From Candidatus Bathyarchaeota archaeon (GTDB taxonomy: Archaea > Thermoproteota > Bathyarchaeia > TCS64), in contig CAVYLP010000005.1 in NCBI GenBank assembly GCA_963769425.1, positions 31,436 through 95,435 of the forward strand: a DNA stretch of 64,000 bases, given 5' to 3'. The notes beneath the pieces were generated by a model. The model had not been told where the DNA came from. It saw nothing but the letters and a program-made list of their open reading frames with translations, and did no database searches. The position numbers were made by a program, and so were the translations under genes. Every line of letters starts with the position of its first letter. Position 1 is the first letter of the stretch. Below, in pieces: positions 20,558 to 30,406 of this stretch.

Positions 20558-21514
20558 TTGCCAGATGAAGCTGCCAGGGGGAGCCACAGGGAGTTCTGCA
20601 AAAACAAAGGGGGTCTCCCCCTGTTCCTGCAGGACTGGTGGCTGGACGCCGTCTGCGGTGAGAGCTGGGGCGCGGCCATCGCCGAGAAGGGGGGAGAGAT
20701 CGTCGCGACGCTCCCCTACTACCTGGCGAACAGGCACGGCTTTAGGGTCATCACGATGCCGAAGCTGACCCAGTCGATGGGGCCGTGGATCAGGTACCCC
20801 GGGGGGCAGAAGAGGACGACTAGGCTCGCCTACGAGAAGGGTGTCTGCGGGGATCTCGTTGACGCCCTCCCCCCGCACGCCATGTTCAACCAGACCTTCC
20901 ACTACACCATCGGCAACTGGCTCCCGTTTCACTGGAAGGGCTTCAAGGAGACGACGCGGTACACCTACGTCCTTCGGGACCTATCCGCAATCGACGATGT
21001 CTACGCCGGGATCCAGAAGAATATCCGCACAGAGATCAGGGACGCCGAGGCTGGCGGCATAGTCGTCAAGGAGACCGATGACCTCGATGAGCTCTACAGG
21101 GTCTGCAGCCTCACCTTTGGGAACAGGGAGTTATCAACCCCCTTCCCTGTCGACCTCCTGAGACGGATAGACACCGAGGCGTCGAAGCGTGGGTGCAGGC
21201 GCATACTGCTGGCGAAGGACTCCCAGGGGGTCACCCACGCCGCCGTCTACATTGTGTGGGACGACAACACCGCCCACTACATCCTCGGTGGCTCGGACCC
21301 AGCCCACAGGGACTCGGGGGCCCCTAGCCTCGCGCTCTGGAAAGCAATAGAGGGGGCATCGAAACTCGGTAAGGCGCTCAACTTCGAAGGGAGCATGATC
21401 GAGTCCATCGAGCAGTACTTCAGGGGCTTCGGTGGAGAGCCCATGCCCTACTTCCACATCACGAAGGTGAACTCTGGACTCCTTCGACTACTCCTCACAT
21501 TACGTGGGCGCTAG
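20558..21514 (+). CDS. FemAB-like double-GNAT acyl/aminoacyl transferase
   Basis: QDWWLDAV, PKLTQSMGPW, WLPFHWKGF, NFEGSM...FRGFG. Confidence 0.85.
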   Translation: MPDEAARGSHREFCKNKGGLPLFLQDWWLDAVCGESWGAAIAEKGGEIVATLPYYLANRHGFRVITMPKLTQSMGPWIRYPGGQKRTTRLAYEKGVCGDLVDALPPHAMFNQTFHYTIGNWLPFHWKGFKETTRYTYVLRDLSAIDDVYAGIQKNIRTEIRDAEAGGIVVKETDDLDELYRVCSLTFGNRELSTPFPVDLLRRIDTEASKRGCRRILLAKDSQGVTHAAVYIVWDDNTAHYILGGSDPAHRDSGAPSLALWKAIEGASKLGKALNFEGSMIESIEQYFRGFGGEPMPYFHITKVNSGLLRLLLTLRGR

Positions 21515-22558
21515 ATCTGGTCTCTCACGACTTTAACGATCTCTGAGCAGCCCGCCATCCAAGCTCCCCTCTCCACGCCGTAGTCGAGTATCTTCCCGTA
21601 GAGCCTTCCCCACTTCCCCCACATGAAGACGTTGTGCCAGATCAGGGTGGCGACACCCCCGTAGCGCTCGGTCACGTCTATTACCGTCTTGATCCTCTCC
21701 CAGGCGGCTTCTGGCCCGAGCCCGTTGTACGATTCTAGGGTCCTGTCCATGGCGGCTATGGGTAACTCCACGATCCTCCTAGCCTTACCCGTTTCCTCGT
21801 CGTATGGGTTGAAGGGGTGGCAGAGGCCGTTCCTGAACCCGGCGGCGTTTGGGAACCCGAAGGTGGAGTCGTACTCGAAGCCCTCCTCTCTCAAGCATCC
21901 CCCACGTGGAGCGAGTGTCGAAAAGTAGATAGTGGTTCCTGTACCCAACAACGCTACTGTTAAGCGACTTCTCTAATCGCTTCTTCTCCCTTGCTAGGAT
22001 GATTCTGTCCCTGTAGGCCTCCCAACCGCCGTGTAACCCGATTTCGAAGCCCCTGTCCAAAACAACTGATGTATAACTCTGTAAGTCCTCGACACTGTAG
22101 TTGTAGTCCTTCTCCCCCGGCTCGAGGGAAAGAAGAAAGAAGGTTGACTTCGCGCCGTGCTCTTCCTCTAGATTCATTATCTTGTCGAAGTTGCAGTTTG
22201 GGCGATCCGATGAGGCGATATCATCGAGGCATTCGCTGAACGTCCTGCCGCCGAGGCGGCCCCTCGCCATGTTGAGGATCTTCCTGCCAGCCCCCACGTG
22301 AGCCTTGTCGATGTCGTGGGTTAGGCAGAGGGCGAACCTCTTTCCCTTAGGATAGTCGATCCTGAAGCCCTTTTCGGCTAGGTACCTCGATGTTTTCGGG
22401 TCGGTGACGTCCCTGCCGCGTGCCAGAGCCCTCCCCCACTCGTCCAGATCACCCTCACCCTCCTCCTTCAGGGTGTAGGCTCCCCAGTAATCGGAGCCCC
22501 TCAGCAGGTCATGGATTCGAGGCAACTTCGACCCCTCAGCTAGGGTGAGGCTTCCCAC
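21511..22558 (-). CDS. Polysaccharide deacetylase family protein; +1 frameshift near 21890
   Basis: LTHDID, STFFL, EIGLHG, GYRNHYL, then YDSTFGF, GFRNGLCHPF and LIWHN in the second frame. Confidence 0.85.
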
Positions 22559-23025
22559 GCGCTCTTCTTCTCTAGATACTCGGCGAGAGTCATCCTCGGC
22601 TTCGCGGGGTTGCCGAAGACGACGGTATCCGGTGGAACGTCCCTAGTCACGACTGAGCCGAATCCTACTACGGCCTTCTTCCCTATTGTGACCCCCGCTT
22701 TCAGCATGGAGCCGGCGCAGATGATGGCGCCGTCCCTTACCTTCACGCCCACCATCTTCGGCGACATCGGGTAGGGGTCGTTCGTGAATATGACGCCGGG
22801 GCCGACGAAGACGTCGTCCCCGATAACGGTGAGCGGGGGGATGTAGGCGGAGCCCTCGATCTTGCATCGGCTCCCGATCTTCACGCCGTAGTCTATGTGG
22901 ACGAGTGAGCCGATCTTGGTGTCGTCCCCGATCTCGGTGTTGTCCCCGACGTAGGTGAAGTGCCACATACGCACGTTCCTGCCGAGCTTTACGTTCTTCC
23001 CTATGTGCTGAATGACGTCTGCCAT
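22540..23025 (-). CDS. Hexapeptide-repeat N-acetyltransferase (WbpD-like)
   Basis: Left-handed beta-helix repeats, VFVGPGVIFTND, GNPA; start at ATG 23025. Confidence 0.9.
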   Translation of the reverse strand: MADVIQHIGKNVKLGRNVRMWHFTYVGDNTEIGDDTKIGSLVHIDYGVKIGSRCKIEGSAYIPPLTVIGDDVFVGPGVIFTNDPYPMSPKMVGVKVRDGAIICAGSMLKAGVTIGKKAVVGFGSVVTRDVPPDTVVFGNPAKPRMTLAEYLEKKSAWEASP

Positions 23026-23110
23026 CGCTTCTCTAACCCATCTAGGCGTCCAATCTGGGTAATAACGATTCCAGCCCGGTGAGGGGAAAAACGGATCGAG
23101 ACCTTTTTCT

Positions 23111-23539
23111 CTAGTTGTTTTTAGGGGCATCGACCAGCTTCACAGATTGAGGATCGATGTCTATTATCTTTCTATGATCGACGTAAGACCCGGAGCCTAT
23201 CAGCCCCCAGCCGTTTTCTTCAGCCTCGGGGTGCCAGTATAGGTACCACCACCGCCACTTAGCCGAGACTTCCTCATCCGTCTCAAACCCCGCCACCCCC
23301 TCAATCTCCCAGAACTTGCCCTCCATATAGCTCGGGAAGCTAATGACCACCCTGTGGTTCCTCTCTATGTCCTTCACCTTCTTCGTCGTGCTGTAGGTTG
23401 GGAACCACATCTTGCCATAGGGGTCCTCGTTGAAGTTGGTCATCGGCCTGCTCCTCTTTGAGCCATCCTCCGAGTAAGTGATCATGTTCACCATCTTCGC
23501 TGCGAGAAAGTCGTGTACTAGACCCTGCATCTTCTCCAT
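23111..23539 (-). CDS. Pyridoxamine 5'-phosphate oxidase-like FMN-binding (general stress protein 26-like) protein
   Basis: SRPMT, WFPT, KVKDIERN split-barrel pattern. Confidence 0.8.
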   Translation of the reverse strand: MEKMQGLVHDFLAAKMVNMITYSEDGSKRSRPMTNFNEDPYGKMWFPTYSTTKKVKDIERNHRVVISFPSYMEGKFWEIEGVAGFETDEEVSAKWRWWYLYWHPEAEENGWGLIGSGSYVDHRKIIDIDPQSVKLVDAPKNN

Positions 23540-23661
23540 TCTACACCATCTAGTTTTGGTCTATGAAGCGTTTTATATTAAGAATAATAGTGGTATAAAA
23601 TAAAATAAGCACGGGAACGCAATTATTAACTTAAAATTTTAATTGCAAGTTGTTGAGGAGC

Positions 23662-24750
23662 CTATCCGAGGACCTTTATGGCCTCGTAGAGGCTCTCCTT
23701 GATATTGGAGAGGGTTTCATCCTTTGATATCTGTAGGGCGTCTAGGGTGTTGTACTCCAGGCTTGCTAGTTCCCTTAGCTCCTTCAGCTCCTCCTTGGAC
23801 ATGGCGCCACCAACGTCCTCGAGGTACGTGATCCTGTTCTTCTTATCAGCGACGAGGAAGTCGAAGTGGTCGATGTCCCACCTGTAGCCTGGGGCCTTTG
23901 CTTCGTACTCCAGCTTGGAGACGTCACCTATCGACCTCTTAATCTCTAGGAACTCCAAAGCCTCAGAGGCGTTCGAGTATGCGTCCTCCATCTCCTCAAC
24001 GTCGGTTGAGTGCTTCTTGAGAAGTTCCTCGCGGCGGCTCGACCAGATCTTCCCCTCCCTCAAGTACTCGTCGAATATCTTTGTGAATGTCTCCTCCTTG
24101 ACTACACCGTCCCTGTAGAGCTTTACTAGCTTGAGCTTGAGGGCGATGTTCTTCGCGAGGTTTTCTACTAGGTCCTTCGAGAGTGGGTCGGGGACGTATC
24201 CCTTGCCCTGGGTCTCTTCCTGGTACTCCTCCACCATCTCAGCCGTCTCGATCTTTGAAGCCTCGGCACCCGTAGATAAGGGCTCGCTCGGGGTCTCAAC
24301 TGGCGCCGCTTGTGGCATCGATGGTGCTGGCGGGGTGGTCTCAACTGGCTTGGGCTCCTCGACCACCATAGGGGTGGGCTCGGGTGCCTTCTCCTCCGCT
24401 TTCACCTCGACTACTGGTGGTTCAGGTGTCGGTTCAACCTGTACGGGGGGTATAGTAATGATTGGCTCGACCGGCTCAACCTCTTGAGGTGACTCGGGGA
24501 CTGGCTCCGGCGCCGGCTCGGGTTTCGCCATCTCCTCGGTCGGCTCGTCCACAACTATGACCGCATCCTCGTCGGGGACGACGAGCTTCTTAGTCTCGGG
24601 CTGCTCCGCCTTTTCCTCTTTCGGCTGCTCCTCTTTGTAGAGGGGGAAGCCACAGTTCAGGCAATACAGTGTCTTTGGTACGTCCTCCTTGCAGTTGGGG
24701 CAATGAACGACCTCGCCGGAAGCTCCGCTCGCCATATTCACATCATCCAC
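23662..24750 (-). CDS. Zinc-ribbon + Pro/Glu-rich linker + CdvA-like coiled-coil protein
   Basis: CPNC-x10-CLNCG ribbon, long P/E-rich spacer, C-terminal LY..G...GDV...Y helical pattern like CdvA. Confidence 0.65.
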   Translation of the reverse strand: MDDVNMASGASGEVVHCPNCKEDVPKTLYCLNCGFPLYKEEQPKEEKAEQPETKKLVVPDEDAVIVVDEPTEEMAKPEPAPEPVPESPQEVEPVEPIITIPPVQVEPTPEPPVVEVKAEEKAPEPTPMVVEEPKPVETTPPAPSMPQAAPVETPSEPLSTGAEASKIETAEMVEEYQEETQGKGYVPDPLSKDLVENLAKNIALKLKLVKLYRDGVVKEETFTKIFDEYLREGKIWSSRREELLKKHSTDVEEMEDAYSNASEALEFLEIKRSIGDVSKLEYEAKAPGYRWDIDHFDFLVADKKNRITYLEDVGGAMSKEELKELRELASLEYNTLDALQISKDETLSNIKESLYEAIKVLG

Positions 24751-25260
24751 TCGATAACGATCAATTCTCCCCTTTCATAGATTTAATCATTTTCGGCCAG
24801 AATACAGACCGGTATTGCTTGAAAAGGGTTAATTGCAGTCTAAACCTACTATAGCCTAACAGATTTCAAGTCATCATCGGCTTGTTGGCCTAAACCAGTC
24901 TAAAATAACTTGGATGGTTTAACTACGATGTGTAAATCTCTCCTGGGAAAAGTGCTTCTCAAAGATGACGTCGACGGTCAAATGCTCTCGGCGCTATTGT
25001 ACATACGGTCGTGTTTCTCTACGATCCTGCGTAGTAGATGAACAGCAATCCCGTCGGGATGACGCTTATCCCGTGAAACAGGTATGCCCTGAGGCTGTCG
25101 AATGGCGACCAGATCGAGCTGATGATGAGTTTGTAGTTGTATGAAGTACTCGACTTCATGGTGGTCTTCGCGGAGTGTGAATGTTTTGCGGGGAGATAGC
25201 TCTTCACTAAATGGCAGAAACGGGTGTATTCTTTTCAATAACCGCGGTGCTCTCTGATCC

Positions 25261-26319
25261 ATGGCGCTCCCCAACGGCAGCCTCACGCCCGATGAACTAG
25301 CCTACTATTCACGCCAGCTCGTGCTAGCCGAGATAGGGTCGATCGGACAAAGGAGGCTCAAGGGAGCGCGTGTACTCGTCGCGGGGGTCGGTGGGCTAGG
25401 GTGTCAGCTCTCCGTCCAGCTGGCCTCGATGGGTGTGGGGTATCTCCGACTCGTCGACAGGGACGTGGTGGAGATGAGCAACCTCCAGAGGCAGCACCTC
25501 TACGGATTCGACGTTGTAGGTTACCCGAAGGTCGAGGCGGCGGAGATGAGGCTCCGCAAGGTGAACCCCTTCATCGACATCGAGGCGATCCCCGCCTCGG
25601 TGAACAACAGGACCGCTCCGAAGCTGGTGGAGGGGGTCGACCTCGTCGTCGACGGTCTGGACCGGCTGACGCCACGCCTCGCCCTCAACAGGGCGTGTGT
25701 GGAGCGGGGAATCCCCTACGTCTACGGGGCCGTTATAACCCACGTAGGGAATGTGTCAACCATCATTCCCGGTGAGACGCCCTGCCTAGAGTGCTGGCAG
25801 GGAAACATCGACGAGGCGAGCGTCCCGACGTGCGCCACTGTCGGCGTCATGCCATCAGCCATCAGCGTCATCGCCAGCATACAGGTATCCGAGGCGGTGA
25901 GGATCATCCTCGGGAAGAAGCCAAACCTAGCCGGGAAGCTCCTCTTCTTCGACCTCGATGAGCTGAGCCTCGAGAAGATCAACCTTGCGAAGGCGGAGGC
26001 GTGCAATGTGTGTGGCATCCCGTCAGCATCTCCCGACGTAGATGATCCCGTCGAGGAGATATGCGGGCGAAGCGGAAAGCGTGTCTTCACAATTACTCCC
26101 AAGGAACTACTCGACCTGAACCTGGGTCAAATCGAGGAGAAGCTGACTCGCCTTAATCTTAAGAAAAGTCTGGCAACTCGCCTCGGGTTGACGTTCAACG
26201 ACGGTCATGGGATGAATGGGAGCATCTTCAGGACCGGTGTGGCCGTCTTTGAGGGTGTGGAGTCTAGGGTAAACGCCACTGATCTATACCGAACGCTGAC
26301 CGGGGTCGGAATCGAATAG
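25261..26319 (+). CDS. ThiF/MoeB/E1-like adenylyltransferase with C-terminal extension
   Basis: YSRQL, GVGGLG, DRDVVEMSNLQRQ, CLEC and CNVC Zn sites, catalytic PTC. Confidence 0.92.
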   Translation: MALPNGSLTPDELAYYSRQLVLAEIGSIGQRRLKGARVLVAGVGGLGCQLSVQLASMGVGYLRLVDRDVVEMSNLQRQHLYGFDVVGYPKVEAAEMRLRKVNPFIDIEAIPASVNNRTAPKLVEGVDLVVDGLDRLTPRLALNRACVERGIPYVYGAVITHVGNVSTIIPGETPCLECWQGNIDEASVPTCATVGVMPSAISVIASIQVSEAVRIILGKKPNLAGKLLFFDLDELSLEKINLAKAEACNVCGIPSASPDVDDPVEEICGRSGKRVFTITPKELLDLNLGQIEEKLTRLNLKKSLATRLGLTFNDGHGMNGSIFRTGVAVFEGVESRVNATDLYRTLTGVGIE

Positions 26320-26349
26320 ATTTTAATCCCCGGATTCGAGCCCTAACGC

Positions 26350-26835
26350 GTGTCTCTAAGAGCGGAGCTTGAGATTTTCCTTGGTGAGCCGGAAGGAAGG
26401 AGGGTCGTCCTCGTCGGCATCGGGAGCTCGATAAGGCACGACGACGTGGTCGGCCTCAAAGTACTCGTACTTTTGGAAGGGAAGCTCCCACCGAGTGTCC
26501 TGCTTCTCCTGACGGAGACGGTTCCCGAGAGTTACACTGGTGCAATCCGGGACTTTGCACCCACCCATGTTCTCCTCCTCGACGCGGCGCATTTCAACGG
26601 TGCCCCGGGTGAGGGAAGAATTATACCGACGAAGATGATTGCCAACGTCTCCGTTTCCACGCACAGCCTCCCCCTGCCCCTCTTCATAAACTACATCGAG
26701 AAGTCGATCTGCCCGAGGGTTGCCCTGCTCGGAATCCAGGGTGTGAACATAGAATTGGGGGAGGGGATCACCTCTGAGGTCGAGGAAGGAGCCAACATTA
26801 TAGCTCAAATTCTAATAGATTTGCTAAACATTTAA
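26350..26835 (+). CDS. hycI: Hydrogenase maturation endopeptidase
   Basis: GIGSSIRHDD, LLDAA and STH metal ligands intact; directly upstream of the hydrogenase operon. Confidence 0.9.
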   Translation: MSLRAELEIFLGEPEGRRVVLVGIGSSIRHDDVVGLKVLVLLEGKLPPSVLLLLTETVPESYTGAIRDFAPTHVLLLDAAHFNGAPGEGRIIPTKMIANVSVSTHSLPLPLFINYIEKSICPRVALLGIQGVNIELGEGITSEVEEGANIIAQILIDLLNI

Positions 26836-26920
26836 GTTCTAATTGGAACTTTTTTACACCCTTTTCCCCTGATTTTCGTTCCTTCATGTATTTAACATAA
26901 AAACCCACGAGGCGTGAATG

Positions 26921-26952
26921 TTTATATCCTCGAACCAAACGATGGTTTGAGG
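26921..26952 (+). promoter_or_regulatory. TATA box plus inverted-repeat operator of the hydrogenase operon
   Basis: TTTATAT at 26921-26927 followed at once by CCTCGAACCA-N5-TGGTTTGAGG (9/10 symmetric). Confidence 0.55.
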
Positions 26953-26959
26953 GACCGTA

Positions 26960-27295
26960 TTGCTTGAAGGTCTAACCGGATTCGTGTTAATTTTGGTTGT
27001 AGCCCTGGTCGTCGCCCTCATCATAATGGCGATCGGTAACGACCTGGCTCCCAAGAGTCCGGACACACCCGGCAAGCTGGCACCTTACGCCTGCGGTGAG
27101 GATATTCCTCCCACCAGGGTTAGGGTGAACGTCGAGAACTTCTTCATCTACGCAGTCTACTTCATGATATTCGACGTGTTGGGCTTCGTCCTCGCGACGA
27201 CGCTCGCCAGACCGGCGAACGTGATGCTCCCGCTAGCCTACGCGGCTGCATCGCTTGTGTCCATCGTGATACTGACCGCGAAGTGGAGGAAGTAG
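26960..27295 (+). CDS. NuoA-like membrane subunit
   Basis: 3 TM helices, KLAPYACGE, FFIYAVYFMIFDV. Confidence 0.88.
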   Translation: MLEGLTGFVLILVVALVVALIIMAIGNDLAPKSPDTPGKLAPYACGEDIPPTRVRVNVENFFIYAVYFMIFDVLGFVLATTLARPANVMLPLAYAAASLVSIVILTAKWRK

Positions 27296-27296
27296 A

Positions 27297-27716
27297 ATGG
27301 GTCTAGTTACATGGGCCAGAACTCGCTCCCCTTGGCTGATACACTTCAACGGTGCCGCATGCAACGCCTGTGACATCGAGATTGTGGCCGCACTAACGCC
27401 GCGTTTCGATGTCGAGCGTTTCGGCGCGCTGCTCAAGGGGTCTCCAAGACACGCCGATGTCATAGTGGTCTCGGGCTCCATCTCGAGGAAGCTGAAGAGC
27501 AGACTCAAGAGGATATACGAGCAGATGCCCGAGCCAAAGTTCGTCGTGGCTGTCGGCAGCTGCGCCAACACCGGGGGCACCTTCCAGGACTGCTACAACG
27601 TCATGGAGGGCGTCGATAAGGTCATCCCCGTCAACGCATACGTGGTGGGTTGCCCGCCGAAGCCTGAGGCGATCCTCGACGGCGTCGTCAAGCTACTGAA
27701 GAGCGCGGGGTACTGA
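27297..27716 (+). CDS. Group-4 hydrogenase small subunit (NuoB-like)
   Basis: CNAC (CxxC, hydrogenase type), SPRHAD, GSC, GCPP. Confidence 0.93.
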   Translation: MGLVTWARTRSPWLIHFNGAACNACDIEIVAALTPRFDVERFGALLKGSPRHADVIVVSGSISRKLKSRLKRIYEQMPEPKFVVAVGSCANTGGTFQDCYNVMEGVDKVIPVNAYVVGCPPKPEAILDGVVKLLKSAGY

Positions 27717-27726
27717 GGTGAATTGA

Positions 27727-28218
27727 ATGAGTTACGCTGAAGAGAATAAGAAGACCCTCGAGAGGCTCGTTGAGGCCATCGGGAAGGAGAACGTCATCGA
27801 CTCCAAGATCCCGAAGGAGAAGAGAGTCTACGTCACCATAAAGACCGACAAGCTGAGGGACGCCATCACCTTCCTCAAGGAGAAGGAGGGGTTGTTCCAC
27901 CTCTCCACGATCACCGGGATTGACCTCGGCGAGGAGAGGGAGCTAAACTATCACCTCAACCGCCCCAACCTGATCTTCACAATCAAGGTGCGGATCCCGG
28001 GTGACAAGCCCGTGGTCCCATCAATCACCGATATAATCGGCGGGGCCGTACTCTACGAGAGGGAGGTCAACGACCTGCTCGGGGTCTTCCCCGAGGGTCA
28101 CCCGAACCCGAAGAGGCTCCTCATGACTGAGGAGTGGCCCGAGGGAGTTTATCCGCTCCTCAAGAAGTGGGATGTCAAGTCCCTGAGGAAGGCGGTCGAC
28201 GGGGAGGAATGGACATGA
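27727..28218 (+). CDS. NuoC-like subunit
   Basis: HLSTITGID, PSIT, YEREVNDLLG, GHP, YPL. Confidence 0.92.
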   Translation: MSYAEENKKTLERLVEAIGKENVIDSKIPKEKRVYVTIKTDKLRDAITFLKEKEGLFHLSTITGIDLGEERELNYHLNRPNLIFTIKVRIPGDKPVVPSITDIIGGAVLYEREVNDLLGVFPEGHPNPKRLLMTEEWPEGVYPLLKKWDVKSLRKAVDGEEWT

Positions 28219-29411
28219 GCGGCACAGAGTTCAGCATACCTATAGGCCCGCAGCACCCGGCTCTAAAGGAGCCGGCGAGCTTTCTCTTCAAAGTCGACGG
28301 CGAGGTCGTCGTCGACGTCGAGCCTCGTGTGGGGTACAACCACAGGGGCATCGAGAAGGCGATGGAGGCACGCACATACATACAGAACCTATACCTCACG
28401 GAGAGGGTCTGCGGCATCTGCAGCAACGCCCACCAGACGCTCTACGCGATAAACGTGGAGGACGTCGCGGACATAACCATCCCGCCGAGGGCGAAGTACC
28501 TGCGCACACTCGTACACGAGTTCGAGAGGATACACAGCCACCTCCTCTGGGTTGGAGTAGCCGCCCACGAGATCGGCTTCGACACCCTCTTCTATTACGT
28601 CTGGCGCGACCGCGAGATCATCCTCGACATCCTCGAGGAGATAAGCGGGAACAGGGTCAACTACGCTTGGAACGCCATAGGTGGAGTCCGCAGGGACATC
28701 CCCGCCGATAAGATTCCCAAGTTCCAGAAGATGCTCGACACCCTCGCGGAGCGCACAAAGTACTACACGAAGGTCGCGACGACCGAGGCCACGATCGCAA
28801 ACAGGGCGGCCGGCGTCGGCTACTGCAGCAAGTCTGACATGATCCGCCTCTGCGGTTGCGGCCCACACGCACGCGCTAGCGGCGTCAACAAGGACACACG
28901 CCGAGACAACCCCTACCTCGCCTACGACGAGATCCCCGACTGGCACGTCATCACCGCCGAGAGCGGAGACGTCCTAGGGAACGTCGTGGTCCGCGTTGGC
29001 GAGCTCGTGGAGAGCGTCGGGATTGCCAAGTATGTACTCGACCACCTCCCGGACGGGCCGATCAGGGAGAAGTTCAACCCCCTGCAGAAGATCCCCGAGG
29101 GCGAGGCCACGAACATGGTCGAGGCTCAGCGCGGCGAGGACATCCACTACCTCTGTAGCAAGGGCGACAACAAGCCCTACAGGTACAAGATCAGGGCTCC
29201 GACACTCGCGAACATCCCGTCCCTCGCCGTTAAGCTCAAGGGAGGATACATAGCCGACATCCCAATCGTCCTCGCGGGCATCGACCCGTGCTTCAGCTGC
29301 ACGGACCGCATGGTCTTCGTCGACGAGCACAAGGAGAAGACCTGGGAGATGACGGACGAGGAGCTCAGGAGATACGGTATCAGGTGGTATGCTCATGGTC
29401 TCAATAAGTGA
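28215..29411 (+). CDS. Group-4 [NiFe]-hydrogenase large subunit (NuoD-like)
   Basis: GPQHP, L1 ERVCGICSNAH, L2 DPCFSCTDR plus a cleavable C-terminal tail; ATG 28215 overlaps the nuoC-like stop. Confidence 0.95.
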   Translation: MSGTEFSIPIGPQHPALKEPASFLFKVDGEVVVDVEPRVGYNHRGIEKAMEARTYIQNLYLTERVCGICSNAHQTLYAINVEDVADITIPPRAKYLRTLVHEFERIHSHLLWVGVAAHEIGFDTLFYYVWRDREIILDILEEISGNRVNYAWNAIGGVRRDIPADKIPKFQKMLDTLAERTKYYTKVATTEATIANRAAGVGYCSKSDMIRLCGCGPHARASGVNKDTRRDNPYLAYDEIPDWHVITAESGDVLGNVVVRVGELVESVGIAKYVLDHLPDGPIREKFNPLQKIPEGEATNMVEAQRGEDIHYLCSKGDNKPYRYKIRAPTLANIPSLAVKLKGGYIADIPIVLAGIDPCFSCTDRMVFVDEHKEKTWEMTDEELRRYGIRWYAHGLNK

Positions 29412-30405
29412 CGTATTCAGCATAGTCGTATTCCCGGGGGCGATCTTCATCGTATTCTACGCCCTCTACTGCAACTGGCTCAGCCGGAAGACCGTGGCGC
29501 GCCTCCAGAACAGGAGGGGCCCGATGCACACCGGCTACGCCGGGATGCTCCAGCCATTCGCGGACATAGTGAAACTCCTCGCTAAGGAGGACATCACACC
29601 GGGCGCAGCGAACAAGGCGTTGTTCTCAGCTGCCCCCGTCGCGATCTTCGCGCTCGCCCTCGCAGCCGTCTTCCTCATCCCAATCCAGTCTATCACGAGC
29701 CTCTACTCCTACACGCCGATCGCGAACTTCGAGGGGGACCTAGTAATCGTCCTCCTCATCTTCAGCCTCATAGTCCTAAGCGTATTCCTCGCGGGGTGGA
29801 GCAGCGCGAACATCTTCGGCGCCGTCGGCGCGACGAGGGTCGCGTTGATGACACTCGCCTACGAGATACCCCTCGTTCTACTGACTCTCGGCCCCGCAAT
29901 AATGGCAGGCAGCCTCAGCATCAACAACATAGTCGCCTGGGAGGTGGGAAGCGTCCAGAGCTTCCTCGCCGCGCCGACCCTCTGGGGTCTGCTGCTCGGC
30001 GTGGTGATGTTCATCGGCTTCGCCATCTGCATACTCAGCCTCCTCGCGGAGACGGAGATGCGCCCCTTCGACATGGCCGAGGCAGAGACAGAGATCGTCC
30101 ACGGCTGGCAGGTGGAGTTCAGCGGCAAGAAGCTGGCCCTTCTAACCCTCGGTAGGGACGTGAAGATCGTGCTAGCCTCCGCTCTGCTGACCTCACTCTT
30201 CCTGGGAGGACCAGCCGGTCCGATCCTACCCCCGATTATATGGTTCGTACTCAAAACCACCTTCTGCGTCCTCGTCCTGAGCAACCTCAGCGCGGTATTC
30301 GCTAGGTTCAGGATCGACGTGATGCTGAGGTGGGCCTGGCAGTATCTGGTGCCCCTCGCCGTCCTTCAGGTGATGGCGATCGTGGCGCTCAGCGGAGTGA
30401 TATGA
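29389..30405 (+). CDS. NuoH-like membrane subunit
   Basis: RKTVARLQNRRGP, QPFADIVKLLAKE, PFDMAEAETEI, RFRID. Confidence 0.94.
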   Translation: MLMVSISDVFSIVVFPGAIFIVFYALYCNWLSRKTVARLQNRRGPMHTGYAGMLQPFADIVKLLAKEDITPGAANKALFSAAPVAIFALALAAVFLIPIQSITSLYSYTPIANFEGDLVIVLLIFSLIVLSVFLAGWSSANIFGAVGATRVALMTLAYEIPLVLLTLGPAIMAGSLSINNIVAWEVGSVQSFLAAPTLWGLLLGVVMFIGFAICILSLLAETEMRPFDMAEAETEIVHGWQVEFSGKKLALLTLGRDVKIVLASALLTSLFLGGPAGPILPPIIWFVLKTTFCVLVLSNLSAVFARFRIDVMLRWAWQYLVPLAVLQVMAIVALSGVI

Positions 30406-30406
30406 G

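Noticed and set aside
24965-25286. Short ORFs on both strands upstream of the thiF-like gene
   Set aside because: Overlapping 59-102 aa candidates with no motifs; cannot choose among them or support any.
28215-29411. Annotation as NADH dehydrogenase NuoD or Fpo
   Set aside because: Both CxxC Ni-binding motifs, the cleavable tail and the adjacent hycI indicate a true hydrogenase.
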